IMG/VR virus record: IMGVR_UViG_3300046678_000067
Coordinates: 1 to 64,000 of that record
Source of the DNA: a virus
Taxonomy: Duplodnaviria > Caudoviricetes
Direction: 5' to 3' (one strand)
Length of the DNA stretch: 64,000 bases
Shown piece by piece: positions 9,484 through 18,582 of this stretch (position 1 is its first letter; every line of letters starts with the position of its first letter). A program made the translations under genes and the position numbers. The notes under the pieces were generated by a model that made no database searches, had not been told where the DNA came from, and worked only from the letters and a program-made list of their open reading frames with translations.

Positions 9484-10704
9484 TTACCCGAACATATTGA
9501 ACATATCAAACGCAATATCTACTTCAGTTCGTTTCGGTTCTTCAACAACCTCAACTACCTTACTCGGATCAAACGGCTCAGGATCAGGTCCGTTGAGCGC
9601 TTCGATCACTTCCCGGTACATATTCTTGGCCGAATGCCGTTCGCGGACCCAATCGCGTGCTGCGTAGATACGATCACGATCCAAAGCGAAACTTTGCTTT
9701 TCTCGAATCAAATCCGGCACTTCCTTGGCATCTTCAACCGTTAGGAAGAATTCGCTAGGAATGATCGACTTCTTGGCTTGAGCTGCCAGAATCGGACAAG
9801 AACCATACAGCAGCGCTTCGATGGTCGTGATATTGTAAGCTCCACTCGTATAGGCTTTGAACTTGGGATTACCGATACCCTGAAGATCGATCATGAACCA
9901 AGAACGTCGCAGAATCTCAGGAATCTCATCCAACGACACATAGCCGTAGAATTCAGCATCACCCTTACCGTTGAACCCCTTGAAGTGGTCAGTACCAATC
10001 GCAGCCTTCCACTCGTCGGTCTCTCGCATCTGATAATACAAGATACCGTTGGAATACATCTCCATACGAGCATGTTTTGTGATCTCAGGAATCACGGGCA
10101 TCAGCTTGGTAATACCCTTGATGTTCTTCCATTGGGAAGTCCAGACGACCAGAGGCATTTCACGACGAACAGACTTTGTTTCCTGTTCAAAGATCGGCGC
10201 GTCAATCGCCTTAACCGGCAGACCATACTTGAGGAGTGGTTCAGCGTAAGCCGGTTGCGTCACGAGAGTTTTCTTCACGTGAGGCAGACAGAGCATCGCC
10301 CAATCCTTATAGGTGTCCCAATACGCATCCGTAATGAAAGTCACCTTCGGCAGCTTACAATCGGTATACAGCGGCAAGAATACCGGATCATCACCGTAAG
10401 CCTTATTGGCGTGAGGACAGATATACGCGAAGTACAACGCGTCATAGTTGTCTTCCAGGAACTTGATCGTTCCCTTGATTTGATCTGGGTGGTGGGAACA
10501 ATCTCCGTGAGTCGTAATGAAGGTATCCCCTCCACGAATCACTTGAGGTTCCTTAAACCGCTCCGGTTTGATCGTCTTCATATTACCACAACGGAGCACA
10601 TCGAACGTATCTCCATTGGCTTCTGCTTCCCGCTGCAGTGCAACAAGAACCGAGTTGATTCCTCCGACTGACGACGTAGGGAAGTAGATTGCAGCAATCT
10701 TCAT
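9484..10704 (-). CDS. GT-B-like glycosyltransferase
   Basis: N-terminal SVGGI, WKNIKG, YNITTIEALLYGSCPI, C-terminal RERHSA pattern of GT-B enzymes. Confidence 0.7.
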   Translation of the reverse strand: MKIAAIYFPTSSVGGINSVLVALQREAEANGDTFDVLRCGNMKTIKPERFKEPQVIRGGDTFITTHGDCSHHPDQIKGTIKFLEDNYDALYFAYICPHANKAYGDDPVFLPLYTDCKLPKVTFITDAYWDTYKDWAMLCLPHVKKTLVTQPAYAEPLLKYGLPVKAIDAPIFEQETKSVRREMPLVVWTSQWKNIKGITKLMPVIPEITKHARMEMYSNGILYYQMRETDEWKAAIGTDHFKGFNGKGDAEFYGYVSLDEIPEILRRSWFMIDLQGIGNPKFKAYTSGAYNITTIEALLYGSCPILAAQAKKSIIPSEFFLTVEDAKEVPDLIREKQSFALDRDRIYAARDWVRERHSAKNMYREVIEALNGPDPEPFDPSKVVEVVEEPKRTEVDIAFDMFNMFG

Positions 10705-10729
10705 ATTTTCTCCTGTTAATTACGACTTT

Positions 10730-10778
10730 ATTATATCCTATCTGGTATGTAAAGTCTAGTCCGCTTTCTGACTAAATA
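10730..10778. promoter_or_regulatory. Divergent promoter pair: TAGACT-17-TATAAT (minus, GT operon) and CTAAATA late-type motif (plus)
   Basis: Motifs at 10730-10758 and 10772-10778. Confidence 0.65.
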
Positions 10779-10841
10779 TTAGTAAATCGTCTATGCTTTA
10801 TGCCTGGAACAGTGAAGGGCAACCCAATAAAGGAATTTTAA

Positions 10842-11612
10842 ATGTCTACGACACAAGTTTACCGTTCAGTATTTACGGGCGCTGAGATTGACCAGGCAAT
10901 CTCTGAAATGCGAGGTGCCCTAAGCGCTCAATTAATCTCTAATGATTTCACTGGCGGAACCGGGAAAATCGCTTCGGCTGAGCTCGCCAAGATTCTCAAT
11001 AACAATATCATCGCCAATAATCAACCGGCGAATATCAGAAGCCAACTAACCTCGATTCCAGATTCACACGTTCTAACCGACGCAGAATATTCCAAATTCA
11101 ACTATCTCGGCGGCACATCTTCATTTAGAGGCGTGTTCACTAACGCCGCAAATAGAGATACCACGATTGGTCCTGAGTACGCTCACTATTTGGGTAATGA
11201 GGTTTCCTTCCTGGCGGATGATGGTTCTGGCGATAACCTCTCGGAATTCTCCCGTTGGGACGTACCAACGAGCACCTGGAAGAAGGTTCAACTTTACAAT
11301 GCAGGCGGAACCCCTCCTCAAGTAATTGCTACTGCAAGCGCCACCAACCTATTCTATTTCCGCAAGGCTCGCTATACAGCAATGAAGTGCTTAGTTGCAG
11401 TCTGCGACGCGGCTGGAGCGAATCGCCAGATTCAGGAAGTCTTGATTACCTTCGTTGTAAACGATACCTACATTTCAGTATATAACGAAATTGGTAACTC
11501 ACAAACCCTATTCAACCTAACGACGGCGATTGACGCCAATAACGTCTATGTAGTTGTGAATACGACTGCAGCAAATCTAACGGTGACTGGCAAGATTCTC
11601 GCCATGATCTAA
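10842..11612 (+). CDS. Probable virion structural protein
   Basis: Late-type motif upstream; beta-rich C-terminus; own terminator. Confidence 0.55.
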   Translation: MSTTQVYRSVFTGAEIDQAISEMRGALSAQLISNDFTGGTGKIASAELAKILNNNIIANNQPANIRSQLTSIPDSHVLTDAEYSKFNYLGGTSSFRGVFTNAANRDTTIGPEYAHYLGNEVSFLADDGSGDNLSEFSRWDVPTSTWKKVQLYNAGGTPPQVIATASATNLFYFRKARYTAMKCLVAVCDAAGANRQIQEVLITFVVNDTYISVYNEIGNSQTLFNLTTAIDANNVYVVVNTTAANLTVTGKILAMI

Positions 11613-11615
11613 TGC

Positions 11616-11647
11616 AAAAAGCCCTGAGTTTCCTCAGGGCTTTTCTT
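11616..11647. terminator. Bidirectional terminator
   Basis: aaaagccctgag-tttc-ctcagggctttt. Confidence 0.8.
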
Positions 11648-12046
11648 TTACTCATAAGCAATAGTTTCGGTTTTGTGGATAGCATCAATCAAGGATGCTA
11701 GTTCATATTTCTTACCATTGATCTCAACTAACTCAACCACCTTGGCGATTTCAAACATCGTCACCGGCTTGAAGTCGATTAGGACATAATTGTTCTTTTC
11801 TTTCTCATTAAAATGCTTAATGGAAGAGTAGCAAATAAACCAACCCCTGACATCAGACCGTTCAACATACAGAACATCCTTTTCGGCGTGCTGAACCTTC
11901 TGACCGGAATCGCCGGCCCACTTGGCGTTCAGAGTCTTGAAAAGCCAATTCTGAATCTGCTCTCCATGGTGTGAGTTGGTTTGAAATACTGCAAACTTCT
12001 TCGGCAGATCGTTGATATCAACCGGGATATATTTTGTTTCAGACAC
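11648..12046 (-). CDS. Hypothetical protein
   Basis: ORF with AAGGA SD and GTG start. Confidence 0.65.
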   Translation of the reverse strand: MSETKYIPVDINDLPKKFAVFQTNSHHGEQIQNWLFKTLNAKWAGDSGQKVQHAEKDVLYVERSDVRGWFICYSSIKHFNEKEKNNYVLIDFKPVTMFEIAKVVELVEINGKKYELASLIDAIHKTETIAYE

Positions 12047-12066
12047 AGACTTTTCCTTTTGTTAAA

Positions 12067-12774
12067 TTACATACCTGATGCCGCCGACAAACGCTTTTGC
12101 TCAGCGTAATCGATTGCAGTCAGAATCGCTTGCGGGATCGGTTGGGCAATCATAGCCACCGTAACACCGCGCATTGCTTCCAGGTTCTTCAGATATCGCT
12201 GGAGACGGAAAGTGATTGCCTTCGGACTCACACCAGCCTTGATCTGCTGATTCTCGAATTCCTGAAGACGAAGTTTCCAATGAACCCCTTCCGGCAAGAC
12301 GTCAACGCGAATTTCTTCTGTGATCTCGCCAGTCTCAAGATCAATATCGAACACTTCCTCAATCTTCTCCAACTCGCTGAAATACGCGGGCACCGGCAGA
12401 GGCTCGTGCCGGGCGTTACGAGTGAACCGAATCGGAACGTCCGAACCCTTCTTGAAATACTCAACTTGCTTCTTGGTGAAGTTGTACGTTGCACGAACCG
12501 TACCTTCAGGCAACTTGATATCCTCAGCCTTGGAAGGATACGTCACATAGAATCCCGTTTCACCCTCTTGACTAACGTAGGGCACCTTGCCGCCATGACC
12601 TTCATAGTCGGCCCACTTTACTTCATGTCCCGAAATATATTGCTTGGGACGAATTTGGATAACTTCCGCTTTCGGCTTCGACGTTTGTCGCGTCGGCACC
12701 GGCCTTTTCGGAGCAGAAGGCATTACTTGAATATTACTCTTTACGGACTTCAGGGCTTCACGGAGCGACGACAT
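12067..12774 (-). CDS. Hypothetical protein
   Basis: ORF downstream of promoter at 12834-12862. Confidence 0.7.
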   Translation of the reverse strand: MSSLREALKSVKSNIQVMPSAPKRPVPTRQTSKPKAEVIQIRPKQYISGHEVKWADYEGHGGKVPYVSQEGETGFYVTYPSKAEDIKLPEGTVRATYNFTKKQVEYFKKGSDVPIRFTRNARHEPLPVPAYFSELEKIEEVFDIDLETGEITEEIRVDVLPEGVHWKLRLQEFENQQIKAGVSPKAITFRLQRYLKNLEAMRGVTVAMIAQPIPQAILTAIDYAEQKRLSAASGM

Positions 12775-12833
12775 CAATTTCTCACTTCAAGGGTTAGTAC
12801 AGAAACGCATTTAACTCGTTTACATCTAAATAT

Positions 12834-12862
12834 ATTATACCGCTGACTATGCTAAAAGTAAA
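12834..12862 (-). promoter_or_regulatory. Promoter TTTACT-17-TATAAT
   Basis: Motif match; lies next to opposite-strand CTAAATA at 12826. Confidence 0.7.
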
Positions 12863-12871
12863 GGACATACT

Positions 12872-13372
12872 ATGAACGTTTCTACACCGACTCTGAATAA
12901 TCTCGGGTCTGCTAACTGGATGGCGTTCATCCAGGGTCAAGAAGAACTCACAATGAAACTTGTGAAGTTTGAGCTTCCTGCCGTCAATTCTAACCCAACT
13001 GCTATCGGAAACCGTACTGAGTTTGTTATGCAGGTTACGGGCGATCACGTTCAATACGACAATCTAGAATTGGAATTTATTGTCGATGAGAACTTGCTTA
13101 ACTATTTGAAACTCTATAGCTGGATGCGAGATAACGCCAAACGAGGCGTTGAAGAATATCAATCAATCTTCGTCCACCTAGTCGGAAACGATAAGAAGTT
13201 TCAAGGTGTTGAAGTTGAGTTCTATGAAGCGTTTCCTATCGCCCTATCAAGTCTAGACTTGGATACTGATGGACGTGATACGGACGTACACTGTACGGCA
13301 ACGTTTGCTTATACAGGGTTCGACTTCGTGGGACTGACTGATCGGGATGCAGACCTAGTTGACGTTGACTAA
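12872..13372 (+). CDS. 3: Tail completion / sheath stabiliser gp3-like
   Basis: FELPAV...GDHVQYDNLELEFIVDENLLNYLKLYSWM...AFPIALS. Confidence 0.8.
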   Translation: MNVSTPTLNNLGSANWMAFIQGQEELTMKLVKFELPAVNSNPTAIGNRTEFVMQVTGDHVQYDNLELEFIVDENLLNYLKLYSWMRDNAKRGVEEYQSIFVHLVGNDKKFQGVEVEFYEAFPIALSSLDLDTDGRDTDVHCTATFAYTGFDFVGLTDRDADLVDVD

Positions 13373-13374
13373 CA

Positions 13375-13405
13375 AAAAAGCCCTTCCTCACGGAAGGGCT
13401 TTTTG
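13375..13405. terminator. Bidirectional terminator
   Basis: aaaaagcccttcc-tcac-ggaagggcttttt. Confidence 0.8.
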
Positions 13406-13416
13406 CTTTGCGGAGC

Positions 13417-14010
13417 TCAGATTATGCAAAAGTAACTGTAGAATTTTTGTATTTTTATTACGCGCTCAAGTCTCATCTTGTGGATGATATTACTCTCGGC
13501 GTTTACCCTAACATCAGTAACTATCTCAGGATTACTCTGAAGGATCCAGGCTAGAGGCTCTATAAAACGATCGTCACCAGACCCTAGCAGGCCCGCTACG
13601 GTTTCTATTAGCGTAGAGTCGGAATCCCCTACGGCCTGGAGGGAGAACCGCCTAAGCTCCCCTGCGGCGTTCATCAAGAAGTTGTCCTGGTCGCCGTACT
13701 GTTCCTTCCAATCCTTGTAAATATCCAGCGCTTCTACATCCAACAACTTGTGTATATCAAGGTTCTCGTATCTCGCTTGAGCGAAGAAAAACTCTTCATG
13801 CGAAATGCCTCTGAGACGATTTGCAAGCTGAATGAACTTGACTTTCTCAGGTTTTGTCTTAGCGAGAAACGCCCTCAACGTGATTTTATTTGCTCCACTA
13901 TAGGTCGTGTAGTCGTAGCTAGACCCCGGACCAAAATGCAGTCTAACTGAGACGTAACGCTTATAGACAGCAAATGCTTCTTGCTGTTGATTTTCAATCC
14001 AACTGCTCAT
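13417..14010 (-). CDS. 59: Helicase loader gp59-like
   Basis: AFAVYKRYVSVRLHF...YDYTTY N-terminus and ~200-aa size. Confidence 0.65.
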   Translation of the reverse strand: MSSWIENQQQEAFAVYKRYVSVRLHFGPGSSYDYTTYSGANKITLRAFLAKTKPEKVKFIQLANRLRGISHEEFFFAQARYENLDIHKLLDVEALDIYKDWKEQYGDQDNFLMNAAGELRRFSLQAVGDSDSTLIETVAGLLGSGDDRFIEPLAWILQSNPEIVTDVRVNAESNIIHKMRLERVIKIQKFYSYFCII

Positions 14011-14380
14011 TTTCTACTCCCCATACTCGAAGAATTTTATACACCTTGTGGATGATTTCTTCGGAACTTACAGAAAAGCCAAACTCAGCAATTTCTTGCT
14101 GATTGGCCCCGTTGGTGATACTCAAGTATTCTCTTGCTCTCCCATCCTTGTGAATAGAAAAGTTCAACAGAGTGCCGCCTGACCTCAAATACAAGACATT
14201 CTTATCAAGCTCGAATTTGGCTATTTGCACCAACTTCGGATCGTTTAATAGCGCCTCCGCATGATCAATAAATCGGTGGGACGCCCAACCTCCAGTCTTG
14301 ACGTATTCTTCAATCGACTTCAACGGCGGTCTAGTCACGTATCCTCCAAAAAATGAAAAGGGATGACTAATGAAAGTCAT
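13994..14380 (-). CDS. Hypothetical protein
   Basis: ORF in operon. Confidence 0.55.
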   Translation of the reverse strand: MTFISHPFSFFGGYVTRPPLKSIEEYVKTGGWASHRFIDHAEALLNDPKLVQIAKFELDKNVLYLRSGGTLLNFSIHKDGRAREYLSITNGANQQEIAEFGFSVSSEEIIHKVYKILRVWGVENEQLD

Positions 14381-14402
14381 CCCTTGGTTCTACCAGAACC
14401 GA

Positions 14403-15011
14403 TTAGCTCTGGTAAGTCAGCGTCTTGTGCCCTTCCGGGAGCAAGAGAAAGTATTTCTGCGAGGCTTCGTCAAACGTCAAGCCGTAGCCGCGTTGCTTGA
14501 TTTGCCAAGACAACACGTCGTTGACCCCGCCTGCCGTGTCGTTGCCAGCCGCAGCCAGCAACTCCTTCATGGTCGCCCCTTGTAAGAGCATTTCCATGAG
14601 TTTCGCGTAAACCGTATTACGCTTCAGGGGCTTGATCACCCCGGTAGGCTGATATTCCCGTCCGCGCCCCCGCGCTCTTGCGGGAGCAGGCGATTGCAGA
14701 TTGGTCTGCTGGACGCCGGGAGTAACCAACCGGCCAGGCAACCCGCTCGGCATTTGCGGCCGACGAACAGCGGCAGCTTGCTGAGTCGGTTGTACCGGGC
14801 CTTGATGGCCGAGCACCTGAACCACTTCGAAATCCTTGAACTCTCGCTCGCGGCCTTCCATCAAGGCGCGCACGTGTTCCAGGCTAACTCTTGCACCCTT
14901 TTCCTTCAGGTAGTTGTGCACGGCCACCGGTTGTTCGTGAGCCCCGATCAAGGGGATGAAAATGCCGCGGTTGAACGAGGCGATCATCTTGATGGTGTTT
15001 TGAGCTTGCAT
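14403..15011 (-). CDS. Hypothetical protein with C-terminal winged-HTH-like domain
   Basis: LMEMLLQGATMKELL...RGYGLTF; promoter TTTACT-17-TATACT at 15119-15147. Confidence 0.55.
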   Translation of the reverse strand: MQAQNTIKMIASFNRGIFIPLIGAHEQPVAVHNYLKEKGARVSLEHVRALMEGREREFKDFEVVQVLGHQGPVQPTQQAAAVRRPQMPSGLPGRLVTPGVQQTNLQSPAPARARGRGREYQPTGVIKPLKRNTVYAKLMEMLLQGATMKELLAAAGNDTAGGVNDVLSWQIKQRGYGLTFDEASQKYFLLLPEGHKTLTYQS

Positions 15012-15173
15012 GATAGTTCCCTTCCATAGTATATTGTATTTCTCACAGGGCCGTAGCCCTACCAATTACACTCCCCAATTCACTAGGCGGCTTTTCTTTC
15101 CCGACCACCTATGACTTAAGTATAGTAACAGCTTTTAGAGAAGTAAAGAACTATTTTCTGGAAACCTATGAAT

Positions 15174-15626
15174 TCAGATGTTATTAAGATTACGATAACG
15201 CACGTTGGGGTAATGACTAATTAGGTCCAAGAGGTTCTTAATATCTTGGCCCAATTCGATTACCGTAATGTACTTGCTTGCTCCAGGTAGATTGAGGTGG
15301 GCGATAAGCCGGTGATTGCCGTCTACCACAAAACCGTCCTTGCTGATAAAGATCGGATCACCCTCAGTATTACCTGAGTCAATAATCGATCCTACCTTAT
15401 CCCTATTATATTCTCCCTGTGCTAGCTGAAGAGACCGCGCCGGTACTCTTATAGTACGAACCTTAACGCCTTGAGACTTTATCCACTCTACAAAATTCTC
15501 CCGATACGTCCTGTCAATTTGCGGCATTGAATTCCGGGAAATACCCAGGTTCCCTGCCGGAGCAAGAATCAGGTTGTTCTTGTGATATTTTTGAATATCT
15601 AAAAAGTGTTGTATCGGGAGTTTCAT
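15174..15626 (-). CDS. ParB/sulfiredoxin-like domain protein
   Basis: PIFISKDGFVVDGNHRL. Confidence 0.7.
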   Translation of the reverse strand: MKLPIQHFLDIQKYHKNNLILAPAGNLGISRNSMPQIDRTYRENFVEWIKSQGVKVRTIRVPARSLQLAQGEYNRDKVGSIIDSGNTEGDPIFISKDGFVVDGNHRLIAHLNLPGASKYITVIELGQDIKNLLDLISHYPNVRYRNLNNI

Positions 15627-15656
15627 GGAGCTTCCTTGTAAGTTATCTGATATTAT

Positions 15657-16181
15657 TTAGATAACCAGACCCAAAGATTTAGCCCCTGCTTCGTGGTGAC
15701 CAAGAGTTGCTTCCAAAGCTTCAGCGTTGCTCAACTGACGGAACATGCGTTCGTGGCCAATCTCATCCTTCAAGATTTTCATGAACGTCAGGCGGATATC
15801 CGCAGGGGCTTGTTCGTCCTCACTAATAGCGCGAATCCGATCAAGTCGCATCGCCTCCGCGTGAGCAGCAACTGCCGCTCCGGTAGCAAAGTCCTTGATG
15901 CCGGGCATCGTTTCCTTCCAATAACGCTTGTTAGGATTACCAACCTTCGGTTCGATACCACGAGTAATCAAAAGGGTCTTGATCCAATCGGCATGAGTAC
16001 GTTCTTGATCTGCGATGAAGTTGAGAATCTTCTTCTCCTTGTCGGTCGCTGCGTACTTTTCACCAAAGTCTACAATCCGACCCGCTGCCGTGATTTCTCC
16101 GGTGTACTGAGCCTGTAGCCAAGTATTGACCTTAACCGCATCAACCTTCGTTTCATCCCACCATTCTTTAGACGTTTTCAT
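15657..16181 (-). CDS. Ferritin-like di-iron protein
   Basis: E...QERTH...AEAMR...DEIGH twin ExxH ligand pattern. Confidence 0.75.
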   Translation of the reverse strand: MKTSKEWWDETKVDAVKVNTWLQAQYTGEITAAGRIVDFGEKYAATDKEKKILNFIADQERTHADWIKTLLITRGIEPKVGNPNKRYWKETMPGIKDFATGAAVAAHAEAMRLDRIRAISEDEQAPADIRLTFMKILKDEIGHERMFRQLSNAEALEATLGHHEAGAKSLGLVI

Positions 16182-16462
16182 GTTGTTCCATATCCCCAAT
16201 TTTCTTCAGGAGTTGTATCGTAATAAGGTAAGCCGCTGCTGGGTTGTCGCATTTCATAAACAACCGGCTTAGGCTTTACCACTTTGACTAATAGGCCATC
16301 TACAACGCTATCGCCGTGGGCAGGCCAATCACCCGGCTTAGACCAAAAGGTAATAGTTTCATACCCGTATGGTCTGCGCATTGTATACTTCCACATACGA
16401 TGACCGGGCATCTGCTCACCAATCTGCTCAAGCCAATCATTTTTGACGTCAATTACCGCCAT
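16178..16462 (-). CDS. Hypothetical protein
   Basis: ORF, coupled overlaps. Confidence 0.55.
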   Translation of the reverse strand: MAVIDVKNDWLEQIGEQMPGHRMWKYTMRRPYGYETITFWSKPGDWPAHGDSVVDGLLVKVVKPKPVVYEMRQPSSGLPYYDTTPEENWGYGTT

Positions 16463-16620
16463 AGTTTAACACAAGAAGTTTGGATGCTAGTGTAAGTCTT
16501 TTCGTTGTTGACTTGATAGATTGCATCCAACGCTAGTCTCTCAGATTCAAAATCCACTACCGTGGTGGCAATGCTAGTACCCTGGTATGTGGTTCTAAAC
16601 AATACCTTATATTGACTCAT
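16453..16620 (-). CDS. Small hypothetical protein (55 aa, below ORF-track cut-off)
   Basis: MSQYKVLFRTTY...; ATGA overlap with upstream stop fills the gap. Confidence 0.5.
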   Translation of the reverse strand: MSQYKVLFRTTYQGTSIATTVVDFESERLALDAIYQVNNEKTYTSIQTSCVKLWR

Positions 16621-17087
16621 AGCGCTCGCAGAGTAGGTTCAATAAAAGATACCGACTTCAGCATCTTACCGTTGGGATAGTTATTACCTTTTACATCGAC
16701 TTGAGCCTTGGCCGACTTAACCCGCTTCATTGGATATGAGCCGTCAACAACTACTTCAACACCAAGTTGATTATACTTGTCGATGGTAGCTAGAAGCTGA
16801 CCAGGATTAGCACAGAACTTGGAACGATTAGAACGGTCCACTTCGGCCATATCTTCTACAACCGGAACGCCCGCCATATGAGCAAGACCAAGGGTAAACA
16901 CTAGGATGTCGCAAATAGCATCGCGGACTTCCGTCATATTCTTTGCTTCAATGCCGTCTTGCATCAGCTCATTATATTCATCAAGAATATTCTCAGCTTG
17001 GCTCTTCAGACGGTCCCAATTAGGGTTCAGGGGATCACCAGCGTTGTTACCAAATGCTACATTCAAACTTGCTACTGCATCAAACAT
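16617..17087 (-). CDS. MazG-like NTP pyrophosphohydrolase
   Basis: LDEYNEL...EVRDAICDIL...EVDRSNRSK. Confidence 0.8.
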   Translation of the reverse strand: MFDAVASLNVAFGNNAGDPLNPNWDRLKSQAENILDEYNELMQDGIEAKNMTEVRDAICDILVFTLGLAHMAGVPVVEDMAEVDRSNRSKFCANPGQLLATIDKYNQLGVEVVVDGSYPMKRVKSAKAQVDVKGNNYPNGKMLKSVSFIEPTLRAL

Positions 17088-17101
17088 ACTTTCTACTTTC
17101 C

Positions 17102-17401
17102 TTAAAACGTGTGTTGTTCTTTGAGAGACTGAGGGAGAACGCTATACTTCCATTGATGACGTTCGTGAATCGCTTTAGCATCAATATCGCCGTTGAGGAT
17201 CATCAGATGCATAATCGCATCGTAGTCGCCCATTTCCTCAATAAGCAGTTGCAGATTGTTTCCCTTTTCCGGCTCATAGGGATTCACCGAAGCATAACCG
17301 TGCAGTTGAATCTTACAAGCCACCTTGATGACTTCTGAACATTCCTCGATCAACTTGACTAGACGTTCATATTGTGCTGCAGTCAAACCATTATTCATCA
17401 T
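17102..17401 (-). CDS. MazG-like NTP pyrophosphohydrolase
   Basis: LIEECSEVIK...LIEEMGD. Confidence 0.7.
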   Translation of the reverse strand: MMNNGLTAAQYERLVKLIEECSEVIKVACKIQLHGYASVNPYEPEKGNNLQLLIEEMGDYDAIMHLMILNGDIDAKAIHERHQWKYSVLPQSLKEQHTF

Positions 17402-17874
17402 ACCGCTTCTTTCCTCATATTAGAACCTACGTCATAACGACTAACAAACTTCCACTGGTCACGCTCAGAATACTTTACAACCTTAAGTGTCTTCAGCGAG
17501 CAAACCGGATCAGCAATCATCTCAGGAGATACTACCTTAATCAAGTTCCACTCCTGGAGAAGATTAATGATGGCATTCTGGCGGGCAATATCGGCTTCTA
17601 CAAGCGTATTCTCTTTACCGTCTAGGACAAACATCGTCTTAAAGTGACAGATGAAATATCGACCACGCTTGTAAAGAATATGACAGGTCTGGTGTAGAGT
17701 CGGAAAGCCTTGATCAAAATCTGGCTTCCCCGGAATTCCGATGCGAGTAAGCGATTCCTTAACTCGCAAGAAACTATCGTTCACCAACTCTACTTCGACT
17801 AGGAAAGGAATGATGTCATCACCTTTCCAATCCGTCTCCACAATATCTACGGCAGTGATTCCGCTAGTATTCAT
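17398..17874 (-). CDS. regA: Translational repressor RegA
   Basis: FLRVKESLTRIGI...LHQTCHILYKRGRYFICHFK. Confidence 0.92.
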   Translation of the reverse strand: MNTSGITAVDIVETDWKGDDIIPFLVEVELVNDSFLRVKESLTRIGIPGKPDFDQGFPTLHQTCHILYKRGRYFICHFKTMFVLDGKENTLVEADIARQNAIINLLQEWNLIKVVSPEMIADPVCSLKTLKVVKYSERDQWKFVSRYDVGSNMRKEAV

Positions 17875-18284
17875 TTCTTGCGACCTCTGCCGATAGTATC
17901 CGAACCGCCCTTGCTGACCATCTTCTTCATGTAATCCAATTCTACCGGATTGATAAGCTTCAGATATTCTTTCGCGCGGTTCCGGTTGACTTGATAGAAT
18001 TCAGACACAACTTCAACGTCAGCCTTATTCGCTTCTTCCTCAACCTTGGCCCACTTACCAAAGCGCTTCTTCTTGATGATTGATTTGTCTAAAAATTTGA
18101 ATTGCATTTCCTTGGATAACCCCGGACGTTTATTCATTTCATTAGCCAGCAGAATCGTGTCAAGGTTCTGGCTTAACCCTTGGAGAATTTGGAAGGTAGG
18201 ATAATCCTTAAACGGGTTATCCTCATCCAATACCAAATCCTTCCCCGTATTGACTTTATCTAACCACTCAAACAGACTTGGCAT
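17871..18284 (-). CDS. 62: Clamp loader small subunit gp62
   Basis: DTILLANEMN...MQFKFL...KKKRFGKWAK; synteny 45-44-62-regA. Confidence 0.85.
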   Translation of the reverse strand: MPSLFEWLDKVNTGKDLVLDEDNPFKDYPTFQILQGLSQNLDTILLANEMNKRPGLSKEMQFKFLDKSIIKKKRFGKWAKVEEEANKADVEVVSEFYQVNRNRAKEYLKLINPVELDYMKKMVSKGGSDTIGRGRKK

Positions 18285-18582
18285 CTTTATTTGCCTCTTT
18301 GAACAAGCCTTCCGCCTTATCCTTTCCCCATAGAAAGATATACAGAGAAAATGAAGCAAGATTCAAAAACGGAATAGCCGCAAAAGCTAACATAATCCAA
18401 GACATTCCGCTCTTGTAATTATACCCAAACTTCGATGCCTGACGACGCCACGGTTCACGATACATACGAAAATCTTCATATGCGAACACTCCGATAAAGA
18501 ATAGAGCGATCCCCACGCAAACTACCAAATACAGCACCAAGGCGTGTGCCCAAGTAATTTGATTCAGGATTGTTTCCATCAT
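18268..18582 (-). CDS. Membrane protein inserted between genes 44 and 62
   Basis: Two hydrophobic segments. Confidence 0.6.
   Translation of the reverse strand: MMETILNQITWAHALVLYLVVCVGIALFFIGVFAYEDFRMYREPWRRQASKFGYNYKSGMSWIMLAFAAIPFLNLASFSLYIFLWGKDKAEGLFKEANKDAKSV

Noticed and set aside
9778-10671. 297-aa plus-strand ORF (likewise 12097-12846, 18888-20289, 22667-23536, 59238-59924)
   Set aside because: Antisense shadows of well-supported genes, explained by codon bias
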